NCBI GenBank assembly: GCA_013239625.1 | Contig: MU056000.1 | Span: forward strand, 14,908,851-14,972,850 | Direction: 5' to 3' | Source of the DNA: Lama guanicoe | Taxonomy: Eukaryota | Length of the DNA stretch: 64,000 nucleotides | Shown: positions 51,626 to 64,000 of the stretch, in pieces | Numbering within the stretch: the stretch's first letter is position 1 | Layout of the letters: every line of letters starts with the position of its first letter | The notes under the pieces: generated by a model | Told to the model about the DNA's origin: nothing | What the model saw: the letters and a program-made list of their open reading frames with translations, nothing else | Databases searched by the model: none | Program-made: the position numbers and the translations under genes

Positions 51626-53579
51626 TAGAGTGGGCACCTATCATGAGGTGAATGAAAAACAGTCGAGAAAGTTGTGTGCAATGTTGCCACTGGTCTTGTG
51701 GTTACCTCACTGTATTAAAAAAGGACAATTCACTTTTAAAGATGGATGACAAAATTCTTGGTAATAAATTTAAAAGTAATGTTTTTCTTTACTTAGAATG
51801 ACATTAAGTAGCAAAAATTACCATTACAAGCTGAGAGAGACACTGGAAAAATAAGATACTGTAGTACCTTTAATGACACTTTCTTCTTGGTGTTTTCCTA
51901 CTTTTTGAAGGAATCTCAATTTTTCATTTTAAGCAGAGCCTTACAAATTACAAAATCGGACATGGATTAACATGAAGGCACATATAAAACCTGGAGAAAA
52001 TGTTCGCACAAATTCAAAATAATTTACTTCTAATTGAAAGAACTCAGGTTTCAGCAAACTAAAAGAAACATCATTGTATTATAAAATAATAGTAAAATGG
52101 CTAAGCCTAGAACTGTCCTAGGGTTACCTAGAAAGCACAGTAGTAATGGGGTAGTCATTTGTACAGAAAATTGCCATTTCTGAAAACAACATAAGATACC
52201 CAATTTAAATTACGTTTTAGTAATATAACCCCAAAATGAGATTGCAGTTGTCACTAGCGTTAACAGAATATGCCTAAATTATAAATAGAATCTGTATAAT
52301 TACTTAAATATTTATTATTCAGATAAAGCTGTCCATAATTTATATTTATGTCAACAATTGTTAATAAAATGAATAAGCGACTCTCTATTTACCATCCAAG
52401 TTATGATCATCACATCAAATTAATAAATGTTGCTCATATCATCTTAATTAGAATAGCAAAACAAAGAGTGCTGTGTGTGCATAAAGGCTTCATTGCCAGG
52501 GTAGGAAAAAGTAATAACTCTGTATTGTTTTTACATTTTACCCAAAGAGAAGCAATTTTCTCATGTTCTGGCTAAAGAAAAAATATCTAAAGAGACATAT
52601 TCTAAATTCAAAGAGGAGAATGATGTTTTCCTGTCACCTTGGCATCCAATGGAAAGTACAAGTTTGCATAAATATTTTGTCATTAAGCCCATGACAAAAA
52701 TCAATCTTGTTTTAAAGTTTAACACATCACCTTATGTGATAAGATTGTTAGAGAAGTGATAAGATTTTTTTGGTAAAATAAAGTTTTAGGAAAAATATGC
52801 ATTGACCTTTGAAGAATTTACCTATTGGTCTTCATGTGTGAACATCTTCAGATAGAATCTCAAAGACAAGAAGGAAAGTGGCAATTCCCACAGGCACAGG
52901 AGATTTTTAAAAATTAGCTAACAGGTCACGCAAGTCGTAGAGTATCTTGGAACTAACAAAGAGAAGAGAAAGTCATTATTTCAGTTATCTAATTAAAGCG
53001 ACCACACTTCTGAATAGACTAGACATAATTAGTTAGAAAAAGTACATTTTTCAACCAGCTGGGTCAAGTTTTAAAACAGGATATTGAATTAGGCCCCTAT
53101 GACCTATGAAAATGTTTTTGAAAACATCTGGTAAGAGTAAAATTGGATAAATTTTGTGGGTGGCATTATGGACAAATAATAGCAGAATAATAGTTATACC
53201 TGGAAATTGTCACAAGGGGTTAAAAATGTATAAAATTTGGTTAAACAAATAAAGTGAAACACTTTTACTTTATATTTCATAAGTGTTCTCTAACATAAGT
53301 CACATAAGTCAGTGATAATTTAGATTACTTAGAATTTGCAAAATTGCTTTATGCCTTCTACTAAACTCAAACATACTTAAGGGAATATTGAGTTAAGGAT
53401 AGTTGGTCTAAGGACATTGATACATAATTTACTTCAATAATAGGAAACTCATCTACTCATATATGGATGAGTAATGGCTAGCAAGGAGTTGAAAAAATTG
53501 CAAAGGATTTTTTTTCCCCTTACTTTAGGTTAAAGCAGATAAAGGAACAAAAATTATTGTGATTCTCCAATGCTAACTG

Positions 53580-55535
53580 ACTGTCACAAGAAGCAGGTTT
53601 GGCAGAGAATTCATCACACTTGTCCCCTTGGGAGTGCAGGAAAATCACATTGTCAAGCCTCCCCTTGAAGTCAGTTTGGAAGCCATGCAACTAGGTTCTG
53701 GGAAATTAAATATGCGCTGCTTCTGGTCCCTCTTCTCTTTCCTTGGTTTCTTGGAAGCACCACGTGAGGGAGCACAGCAGTAAGAAGGAAGTCACCGAAT
53801 CATCATTTAAGAGAGGGCAGCTGTGTAAACAATGAGGGAGTTAATAAATAAAATTCGAATGAATTAAGACACTGGGAGATGGAAGTTTCTTATCATAGGA
53901 AAGTCGATTCTATTCTAATCAGTAAATAAATTGATACAGAGGTGGGGTGCTGCACTATTAAAAAAATTAAACTATATCTCAAAATGTTTTTTGTTATATT
54001 CAAGCAGCAATGTAACACCTACTAGAGGGGAAACGAGGCAATAAACGCAAGAGACTAAAAGTATAAAAGGCACCTGCTGCAAATTTAAAGGCCGATTTCG
54101 TGCTTACAAGACTTGGAGAATTAGGGAAGATAGTACGTGTTTGAAGCCATTGGCAGAATTTTTAAAGATATAAGAAGGATAAGAGGTACTCTACAAATTC
54201 AAGGCTTCCCAAGAGTGAGGAAGAATGTTTCTGAAATGGAATTTTATAGAAGTTTTATGGGGAAAAAAAAGAGGCCAGTGAAAGAATCTTGGTTTAACAA
54301 AGTAACCCAGGAAAAATAACCATGTTAAAGATGGCCCTCCCATTAATTTTTTTTCCAGATAGCTGCTTGTGTTTTGTTTGTTTGTTTGTTTGTTTAGCAG
54401 AAAATGAGAGTGTCATGGGACCAGAAAGCAGGAAAGTAAAATACACTTGACATCTCTGTCCAAACAGTCATTTGAGGTGACAGAAACAAATGGATCAGCA
54501 GTTTACGTTTTTGCATGTTTACTGAAGAAACCATTAGTGCATACAGAAAAAACTTTAAATATTCAAAATTTTTAGCACTTTGGGCCCCTACCTTCATTTA
54601 GGAGAAGAAAGACTCATTATAGACCCCTCAAAGAGTACATGGTTACCATCCCCCAGCTCAGATATGGCCAAGGAGAGTAATGAACAAGGAGTTCTAAGAG
54701 TTCAGAGGCAGAATTCACAGAGAGCAGAGGACAAGGGGTTTCTTCCAGTGAGCAGAATCAGAGTTTAATCAAGGTAATTCCTTCACTTGCGTTTTATGTG
54801 TCTGAGAGGTTTATTAGGATCTCTTCCCAGTGGGATTTACATGGTTGTTTTCTGATCACTATTATATGCCTCCCATTCTTTACCTTTCCAAATGGGGGCG
54901 ATTATTGTGTGTACCCTGTGCCTTCTCCATCACTGCCTAATGGGTGTGAGTGCTGGAGAGGGGATGATAAATTGCCTTTTAGGGCTGCAGACTAAAGGGA
55001 GTCACATCTGGATCTGATGGTGCCTAGAAACATGGAATCTGAATAATCATCATTGACCAGATGGAAATTCATATTGTCTCTCTCAGGAAGGCATGAGAAT
55101 GTTCTATGTGTGAAAGTAGACTAAAATTATGGTAACCAAATGCTCTGTCAAAGATAATAAGATATATTCAAACCACTGTCTTCTTGGGCATATAAAAATC
55201 TGACCGTTCACATGTTTCTTGTAGTTAGGTCCAGGACCATATGATTAAATTCTGATTAGTAGGATATAGGCATGTGTGATATAAAACACTTGCAGGTCTG
55301 GCCCATTGTACAACAGTCTCCTTCCTCTTTTGCCCTTCAGCAGGGAGCTTGGGTTCTGAGTGTTCCAGATCTACACCTGCATGATGAAATGGCCTGACTA
55401 CCAAGTCACCAATAAGGAAGGGCCAGCCTGCACAAGACTGTGATATGAATGAGAGACAGAACCTTACTGTGCTAATCCACTGATATTTTGAAACATATTT
55501 ATTATAAGATAGCCTACTCTACCCTCTCCAATAAA
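53580..55535 (+). mobile_element. Old MaLR (MLT1-type) provirus: LTR - internal - LTR
   Basis: LTR-like 53580-53930 (agcctccccttgaagtcag..gccatgcaactaggttctgg..ttaagacactgggagat); MaLR internal start tgatacagaggtggggtgctgc; second LTR ~55125-55535 (cttgtagttaggtccaggaccatatgattaaattctg..tgtgctaatccactgatatttt). Confidence 0.6.
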
Positions 55536-55799
55536 ATGATATGAAATATTGATAAAACAAGAAAAACAGTACTAAACAAATACAGCGAGTCCTAATAAGA
55601 AGATGTTATTAAAAGAAAAATGCCCCCCAAATCTCCATGCATTTATCTTTTGCTGTCACTAAAACCAGAAACAGTCCTTTTTTTTTCTGTCTCTGTCTGT
55701 TTTGATGAGTGAGGAGAGAAGAGCTGTTTGTGGTTACATGTTGACAATGGGAGGATATAAATATCAAATAGCCACTATCATTGGCAAAAACTCAGGAGT

Positions 55800-58050
55800 T
55801 CATCCCAAATTGAATGCTTATCCAGTGCCCTTTTACAGAATAAAATAAATCCTCGCACAGTACTTTCAAGTCAATAACTGAGAAGATGTGGCGAGCAAAT
55901 CCAACAACTGATATTACCAACAGCCCAGCTGAGGCCAACTTTCCAAGGCCCTCAGAAAATAGAAAGGGAGACACCAGTAACTCCAGAAAATTGAGGGACT
56001 GATAGGAAGAGACCCAGTGGACCGTTATGAGTGAGATGTGAGATGAGAAAGACAGGAAGGAAATGCAGAGTATGTGCCCAAATATAGAAAATAAAGATAA
56101 ATCGAAGTAACAATCTAAGGAAATGAAAAACAAAGTAAGACAATAGCAATAATACCAAATATACATCTTAAAGAAGTAATTTTAATGAGATACATTCATT
56201 TAGATAGAAAAAACTTACATTTAAATATTCCATATACACTTGCAGAAGAAAGTAAATGTACGAAAAAAAATAGGACAGAAAATTATGAGTATAAGATGGA
56301 GACAGATTATTAATTTAATATAACATTAAGGGGAAAACGCAACTATAGAAACTTAAACTTTCAAATATTTTACAATAGATTTTATAATGCAGATATAATG
56401 GATAACAATGTTTTGTATTAAATACTTTTAATAACAACAAAATACATAAAGCAAATTAAAATGGGCAAAAGACACCAAAGTCAAGATTCAGTAATTACCT
56501 ATTCTATATCAGAACACTAAAATAAAATAATGGAAGGAGAAAAAATGAACTAAATAATACATGTAATTTCTCTAAACAAATATACACATTTTAAATTGTG
56601 CCACAATTAAAGGAAAACATCTTTTCACGTGTTCATATAATATATTGAAAATTTAACAATAAACTGCTCTAAAACCTTAAGCCCTTAAATTCCTTAAAAC
56701 AAGTACCAGTAATCCCAATTATACTTTCTGAACATAGTGCAATGAAATCCCACAAAACATCTAATTTTAGTGTGTGTTCTTTATTGCATGAAAAGTATAT
56801 TAATAAAGCAATGTGTTCTACCCTGGGGATGTATATCATCAAGTAATTTACATAGAGTTCTATACACACACTAAATGTTATTTTAATATGCTTCGTATCT
56901 CTTTTTATTTTTGATTTCTAAAAAGACGATTTATAGTAAGTTATTCATTGATTACATTGTTATTTATAAAATTAGAGCACAAGCTTGTGTATAAAGAAAT
57001 TCTTAAATTTCAAAAATTTGAAATCATAAACAGTATGTTTCTGACACAAATGACATTGAGCTAGAAATCAGTTACAAAAGATAACTGAAAAAAGAGCAAC
57101 TGTTTGGAAATTGGATGGCACATTATAGACAATTAGCTAATCAGAAAATATAAAGAATAAATTAAAATCATATAAATTGATACATACATTTAACTGGTAT
57201 ATAGAATTTCAGAAATTGTAGAATACATCTAAGACAGTAATTAAACGAATTATACCCCCAAAAGCATATATTAAAAATATAAGGTAATATAAGCATATAA
57301 TATATAATATACATTAAATATAAAATACATATAATATTATGACACACACATATATAAAACATTCACAAGGTTGTGTGTTTATACTCCACCAGATACTTGA
57401 TTAGCAGCAAGTTTTCTAATATTCTGCTATTATGTCACATCCATTTATGTATCTAATGTAGTCACATGACATTCTAACAGAAATTTTTAACATTTTATTT
57501 TTTCACACTTAATTTTGCCTCTGAAATTCTTTCAGTGACTAATTTCCTTGTGAAAAACATCCTTTATACTTTCCTCTAATGAAATTATATTCTCTGTTTT
57601 ACTTGGTAATATCTTATCGGTAGTGTTAAGTGATAGGTTTTTTCTTACGTATATGTTTTCTCACAATGATTTTAAGATACTTTACTAGTTTCTGGTTTCC
57701 ATTTTTTTCTCTTAAAAATCATCTTTTAGACTCGTAATTCCTCCTTTTTAGATGCTCATTCTCTTCTCTGTAGCTAATATTAGTCATTTCTAGTGTTTTA
57801 CAGCTTCTTTGTGAGTTATAGATTTGTTTTCTACTTGGAATACATTGTGAGTCCTTAATATATGGATTCATTCCTTATCCAACTTTGGAAATTGCTCACA
57901 TTATTTCAAATTTTGCTTCTCCTCCACTATTTCCATGGTCTCCATATGTGACTAGTTGGGCAGAGTAAGTCTATCATTCATAGCTCTTACATCTCTTACA
58001 TATTTTTCTGTGTCTCTCTGCCGATTTTAGCTGAAACTTAGCTTGAGTTT
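55800..58050. mobile_element. Very old L1/HAL1-like fragments in both orientations
   Basis: A-rich sense pieces (ttgaaatcataaacagtatgtttctgacac..ctagaaatcagttacaaaagataac) and T-rich antisense pieces (attttaagatactttactagtttctggtttcc, ctttggaaattgctcacattatttcaaatttt). Confidence 0.5.
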
Positions 58051-61000
58051 TAGATATCCACTCAGTGCTGATGGAAGATTTTATAAAGGCTTTTGAAACA
58101 ATGTCTAGGAGTTGTCACTGTGAAAGAAAGGAAACCCCTCTTCTGCTCATGGCTGAACGAAGCTCTAGGGTCTTTATATCCCTGGAAATTTTGGTCTTAC
58201 CCATGTTAAGCCTGAAAAAATCTTCAATCAAGAGTTTCAGAGGCTTACAGTAGGGTAAAAACAAACAAACAAACAAAACAAAAAACAAAAAACAGCCAGT
58301 GCAAAGAGAAAATGTGGAGACAGTTCTGTATATATAGTTATAAATTTAGTTACTCTAAATGAAATGAAAAGTTTCAGAGTTGGTCAAGATAAAATTGTAC
58401 CATATTGTTTTTACAGGGAATGATTCAAAATAAAATTATTCTGAGTTGTATGAGGTAAAAGGATAAAGTGAAATTAGAACAGACAATTTCAGTCCAAATG
58501 AAATCATGCCAGGAATTACTAAGAACACAATAAGTAATTGGACAATTCTAGAGAGCTACTTTTATAATAATTTCAAATAATTACATAATTGTATTGAATC
58601 TTTATGTGACAAATAAAAAAAACATCTGATTTAATAGAGGAAGAACTGTTGAAAATTGTGAACTGCTTATAAACAAAATAAATGTTGACTCATTTGCTTT
58701 GATAAGTTAAGCAGACAAAAATAAGCACGGATATAAAATAGAAGTGACACACTGACAGTACATATTTGAGATCAATCCATGATGATAAACATATATATTT
58801 ATCCCATTCCTTTCATTATTTTATATTATTTTTGAATCACCTCATTTTACATATTATATGTTCATTGATAAGTATTTAGGTTAATGTATAAAATAACTAA
58901 TATATTTTTCATTTATCCAAAACAATTTATTGCATAATTCACGATTCCCTCATATTTATGTGACCACTATTGTTTAAGTTCATGCATATGATTATTTTAT
59001 CCTCCAAATATAATGCTACCAACATAGATTGGTTTTCTACCTTTAATTATTATATTCTTGCAATTAACCTCATTTAATAATGACGCATTATTCTTTTAAT
59101 GCAGAGTTTGTTTTTTTTTACACTTCTTAAAAAAAGATTTTGAAACTATTTATGTTCAAAAGAAAAATTGGGGACCCTAGATTTTTATTCTTATCTCTCT
59201 CTCTCTCTGTCCTGTCTCTCTCTCTTTTTCTCTAGTTTTCATTTCCCACCATAGGTATACAATGAGTTTAACACAGATTTTGTTGTTTTTCTTTTTTCCT
59301 TCTTGTTTTATACTCTCCAATATAATCCAACTGTGAGAATCCTTTCATTCTACTTTCGGTATTTCATCCTCCTGGAGTGCTAAACTCCTTGTCTAATCTA
59401 ATGCTCACATTATGTTGCTCTCTATAGTGACTTTTCTGAAAATTGATATGGGCTCAAAGTGGGGATATTTGGATGGTTTGACCTTCCTGCGTCCTCCTAC
59501 AGCCAGAGTTCTCATACTACTTTCAGTTTCCCAGTGGCCTTTCCTGATCCTGATGCGTGCCCCCTGTAAGTTTCAGACACCAATGGACTGGTTCCCATGC
59601 GTTGCATCAGACATGTCTAGGGCATGTCAATCAGGCATGTCAAGATGTATCTTTGATTTAGTTTCTTTATTCATTATTATATCAGTATTTTTTTTGTCAA
59701 GTGTCAGTATTTTGATTTCAGATACAAAGATAAAATCATCAAAACATTAACAAAAATTAGAATACCAACAAGCAAATATACTTTAATCTGCAATAAAATG
59801 AGAAGTCAACCATGACCAGGAGCCTCAAACTATGAAGAAATGCTCACTAGTATAGTACAAATTAAATATTGAAGCAAAAACTGTACCCAGGGTCTTACAA
59901 ATTTCTTGTACTGTAGTTTCTGAAAGTAGAATATACATCATGAGGGGTAAAATCAAGAAATCTTTCCTTGATATGGCCAGAAGTGTGTCTAGTGAAGGAC
60001 TTTGCAAAGGGTGGTAGGGCCAGATGAGAAAAACAAGCAGACAAAATTTTCTTCATATAAGCAGATACTATGAATACAGGATGCAGAGCTTATGGTCTAC
60101 ACTCTTGCCACACGCGGGTTTAATTAGCTGAACCAATGTTACCGTGCAGTAAATGCACAAAAATATTCTAAAACATTCATCTGCTGCAGGAAAGACGGCT
60201 TCTTTACTCAGAGCAATACTAGAGTGTATTGGTTGGTTTAGGTATAGAGATGGTGTGTTGGTGAGGAAGTTTTTGTCCATGACCTAGTTCCAAGAGTCAT
60301 TGCTGGAAAATGGTCAGCATAGAAACTAAGTAAGTTAACTGCATGGAAATAATAAGTAGGAAAGGTTGGTAGCATAGGTGAAATAAAGATAATTACACTG
60401 TGAACTGTATGAAAATTGACACATTCTGCAAACAAAGAAATAAAATAGTATTTGAGCTTATTAAACATAGAATAAAAGATGATCTTTAAAAATGGCATTA
60501 AAATTTTGAAGTGGTGACTTGAGGAAAGAAATAGGAGAGAAATTACAGGAACAAAAACTCCAATTAAAAGTAGCATATTGTCATGGGGAAGGAGAAAAAT
60601 TATGAGTAAGATGAAATATTAGAAAGATGAACTTAATTAAAGCATATTTTAAAAGTCACTAAGAATACAGATATGAGACTTACATATACAGAATATGAGA
60701 ATTGGAAATAAGAGATTAAACTAAATACCTAGTAATAGTGATGGGAGTACCAATAGTGCTGATCTGGTTCTTAACTGTCTTTGGAGACCCACGGAATGTG
60801 TAGAATACTATTAATGTCTGTCCTTATAATGTAAGCTTTTCTTTTTTAACATTTTCTGAAGGTGTTAGAAAATATCATACATGGTATTCTATATAATGGA
60901 GCTTTTAATATATTAGATTCAGATATTAAGTTCACTCTATCTTTCGTCTTCTTCAGGGTAAACCTACTTGCTCCTTCAAGTAGTTTTAATGAGACATGAA

Positions 61001-62479
61001 TTTCAGGCTCCTTCAGAATAGATATCAGATGTTTCATGAGTTTGCTGTAGGTATAATTTTGAACAAAATAGAACACAAATATTTCAGAGAAAGTTTTATC
61101 AGGCCATAGAATAGATAGATTTATCATTTCTTTAACTCTTAATACTGCACAACTATCAATGTCATATCTCACACCTGAGTCATGGAAAATTGAAATTTCC
61201 CACCTCTTTTGATTCTTATGGCTGCTAAGGTATGTCTTACGAATCCTAAGATTTTGATTTTTTTTTAACTTAAGCAGAAAGCCTGTTATTACTTATTAGA
61301 TCTCCACTCCCAAGTAACTACAAAACTATTTTTAAGTTTTTGCTGTTTTAAAGTCTACATTTATGCTATGCTTGAACATGTTTTATTATCACTTTTCAAT
61401 ATTCATTTATTTGGTTAATGAGGGAATAAATGAAAATTTTCAGGCTGATAATTAATATTCTAAATAAAAACAAAATATAAAACTAACATTCATAAAATTA
61501 ATTTATATATTTTCATACTATGAGTCATATGCTACTTTTAAGCTGTCTCATTTAAAGATAACTTCATGTTTGCTCTCATTATAATCCAAATCATTTTCAG
61601 AGCATATATAAGGTAAATTTATGATTAAGATTAACAAAGAAAAAAGTTACAGAATGAATTACTTTTCCTTCCCCTGTCATAGCCAGTGGCAAGGTAAGAT
61701 AAACACCATTCATAGTCAATGTATTTACTGATACTCTGGCTCCCTTTTTATCTCATTCCTGTAATTTATAGCTTTTATTTTTTCTTTCTTTTCCTTACCT
61801 ATATGTATTCTAAATATGTATTCTGCATACACACACATACACACACACATACATACATATATTTGGTCAAGTACCAAGTACCTTAATACAAAATAAAAAC
61901 AATTTTATTATACTAATTTATTTTTATATATTGAGCTATGGCTAGGTGGTGGAGGAGGAACATACTAATAAATAAGAAATCATTTCTGTTATATGAACTC
62001 ACAATGTCCTGGGGAAGAGAAAGTTATAATACACTTGGCGCTATCAACTATGTTATTGAAATGTCCACTGTTCACTGTAACAGCCTAGAGACTAAAAACA
62101 TCAATGAAGAATTTTCAGAGGTGACCTTCATTGTGCCTGTGAAGATGAATTAAGTCTTTTTCCAATAGATAATAAATAAAATAAGTGAAACATCATAAAC
62201 AAAGTCATAGCAAAATAAATGAAATTGAGTATGAAGAAATAGCTAAAAGTTCAGTATAGCTGGAGGTTAGCGTGTCTGTTGGCAGTGTGTGAGATGCTTC
62301 CAACATCATATATAATGCATGATACAATCGTCTGTAGGATAAAGTTTTTTCCTTATTCCAATATACATTTTTAGAATCACAACTTATGGTGAACCTCTGG
62401 TAAAACACCTTTTTAAAAAGAAGCAGTTGAGATGGAGCATTATGCAAAAGAGTATAAAGAATTTTGTTCCTTGATAACT

Positions 62480-62812
62480 TGATTTATGTATACATTTTGA
62501 AATTATAATCACTATCAAGGTAATTAACATACCTATCACCTTGTATAGTTGTCTTTTCCTTTCTTTTTTTTTCGAAGAGAACACTTAAAATCTACCCTCT
62601 TAGCAGATTTTAAATATACAATAAAGTATTGTTAGCTATTATCACGTTGTTGTACATTTGATCTGCATGATTTATTCATCTTACATAACTGAAACTTTGT
62701 ACCCCTTTTCTTGATCAACATTCTATGTCTGCCTCCACCTAGTCCCCCGCTACTACCATTCTACTCTTTGCTTCTATGAATTTGACTAATCTAGATTTCA
62801 TGTGTAAGTTAT
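62480..62812 (-). mobile_element. L1MA-type 3' end
   Basis: gagaacacttaaaatctaccctcttagcagattttaaatatacaataaagtattgttagcta..cataactgaaactttgtacccc..accattctactctttgcttctatgaatttgact. Confidence 0.88.
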
Positions 62813-64000
62813 AATATGGTAATAATGAGCTTCCTTTGACTACACCCCAAAACTGAACATAAATCCACTCATAGTCTTGCATCAATTGCAAACCCCACAG
62901 CAGGCTCGCCTCCATGAGGAAGAGACTGTAAAAACTATTAAATGTAGTACCAGACAGGCCCTCTCCAGCAATATGCAGGTTTTACAAAAGAGAGCAGGAG
63001 GAATTCCTACATTCTCAATTTAATCTCACAAAGTCGCCTATTAGAGCAGTGACTCCATTCTGGGACAAGGTCCACCTGTATTTATTTAATGGAGCCCCCT
63101 TCATATAAAAATAAGAAGCTAGGAGAAAGGGAGATTTTCTACAACAAAGTTTAAAGAATGAGTTGTAATTATGCATATCATTCAAACATTTAGGTAACGC
63201 TGACAGATTTTTGTTTTTTACTGAGATCATCAGTTTATAACTTGAATTCATTGCCCCCAAAGAAAGCATTATTTTATAGATAATACAAAAATTTTTGATG
63301 TAAACAAATGCAAGTCACTACTTATTTAATTCTAACTTGCTCAAAATATATTCCACTCCAAGAGGATGTATTTGTGTAGCATAAATGAACACTCACTTAC
63401 TGAGTACATTCTATGTAATGTGTATGTACTGTGTATGTATACACACATATAAAATGAATAGGATTTCGGATAAGTGTGTAAGTTAGGTCATGCATTTTCA
63501 ACAGATTGACTATCTGACAGCTTCCTTTTTGTGAAACAGGAGATAAAAGTCATGTACTAAAAACAATGAGGATAGAATTGAAAGTTTGGACACATTAAGT
63601 TTTTTCATTTCATTCATTTTTTATTCTGATGATCAATTATTCCTATAAATCTAAAGTCCTCATAAGTAACTTGCAATTGTACATATATATATAGTATTTT
63701 AATACTTTTTGAAATAAATATTTCAATTTTTTATTAAAATGTACCCAGTTGAATATATTAAGATTTTCCTAAATTACCAGCCTCCAATAACATGTCACAT
63801 GGAAGTCAGTGTATCTTGGAAAGTTTCAGCCTTATTCAAATAATTAAATCTAAGGCAAAGAATATACCTGTTTGCAGCTAATTGCTTTTAAATAAACACA
63901 TATTCTTAATTTTCTTCTGTATCAGAAAAAGAAGACCAGTATTTTTTTTCCATAGCTGTATAAGTCTGCCAGTTTTATAATTGCCAAACAATAGGCAAAC

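Noticed and set aside
51630..51950. Possible hAT-Tip100-type DNA transposon remnant
   Set aside because: Only a weak remembered resemblance at the right end; no supportable terminal repeats.
56766..56875. 12-bp inverted repeat tttagtgtgtgt / acacacactaaa
   Set aside because: The arms are mostly (TG)n/(CA)n low complexity, so chance is likely.
55792..60576. Longer hydrophobic ORFs (55792-56166, 59412-59750, 60238-60576) as membrane proteins
   Set aside because: The F/L/I/S richness reflects T-rich strands of AT-rich or L1-derived DNA; no recognisable domain or exon structure.

Overview
AT-rich mammalian non-coding DNA (intergenic or deep intronic), probably camelid, judged from a Vic-1-like tRNA-derived SINE at 14421. 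I see no intact protein-coding exon, RNA gene or prokaryotic system; nearly all ORF-track entries are chance or repeat-derived. Decayed interspersed repeats dominate: L1 of several ages, L2, MIR, MaLR/ERVL LTRs, and hAT and Tigger DNA transposons. Two retrocopies are recognisable by translation. (1) A full-CDS, disabled UBXN2A processed pseudogene on the minus strand (~286-1562 plus UTRs). It is split by a 5'-inverted L1 with a clean 7-bp TSD and carries a 59-nt antisense-L1 insert that looks like a spliced-in cryptic exon. (2) A 5'-only TATDN3 retro-fragment (~20440-20646) fused directly to old L1 sequence. The interesting signals are fossils of retrotransposition, splicing and repair (captured L1 exon, twin priming, short 3' transduction, template-switch micro-inversion), not a new functional system. 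Repeat subfamily names and parent-gene sequences come from memory and need RepeatMasker/BLAST confirmation; boundaries of old repeats are approximate.
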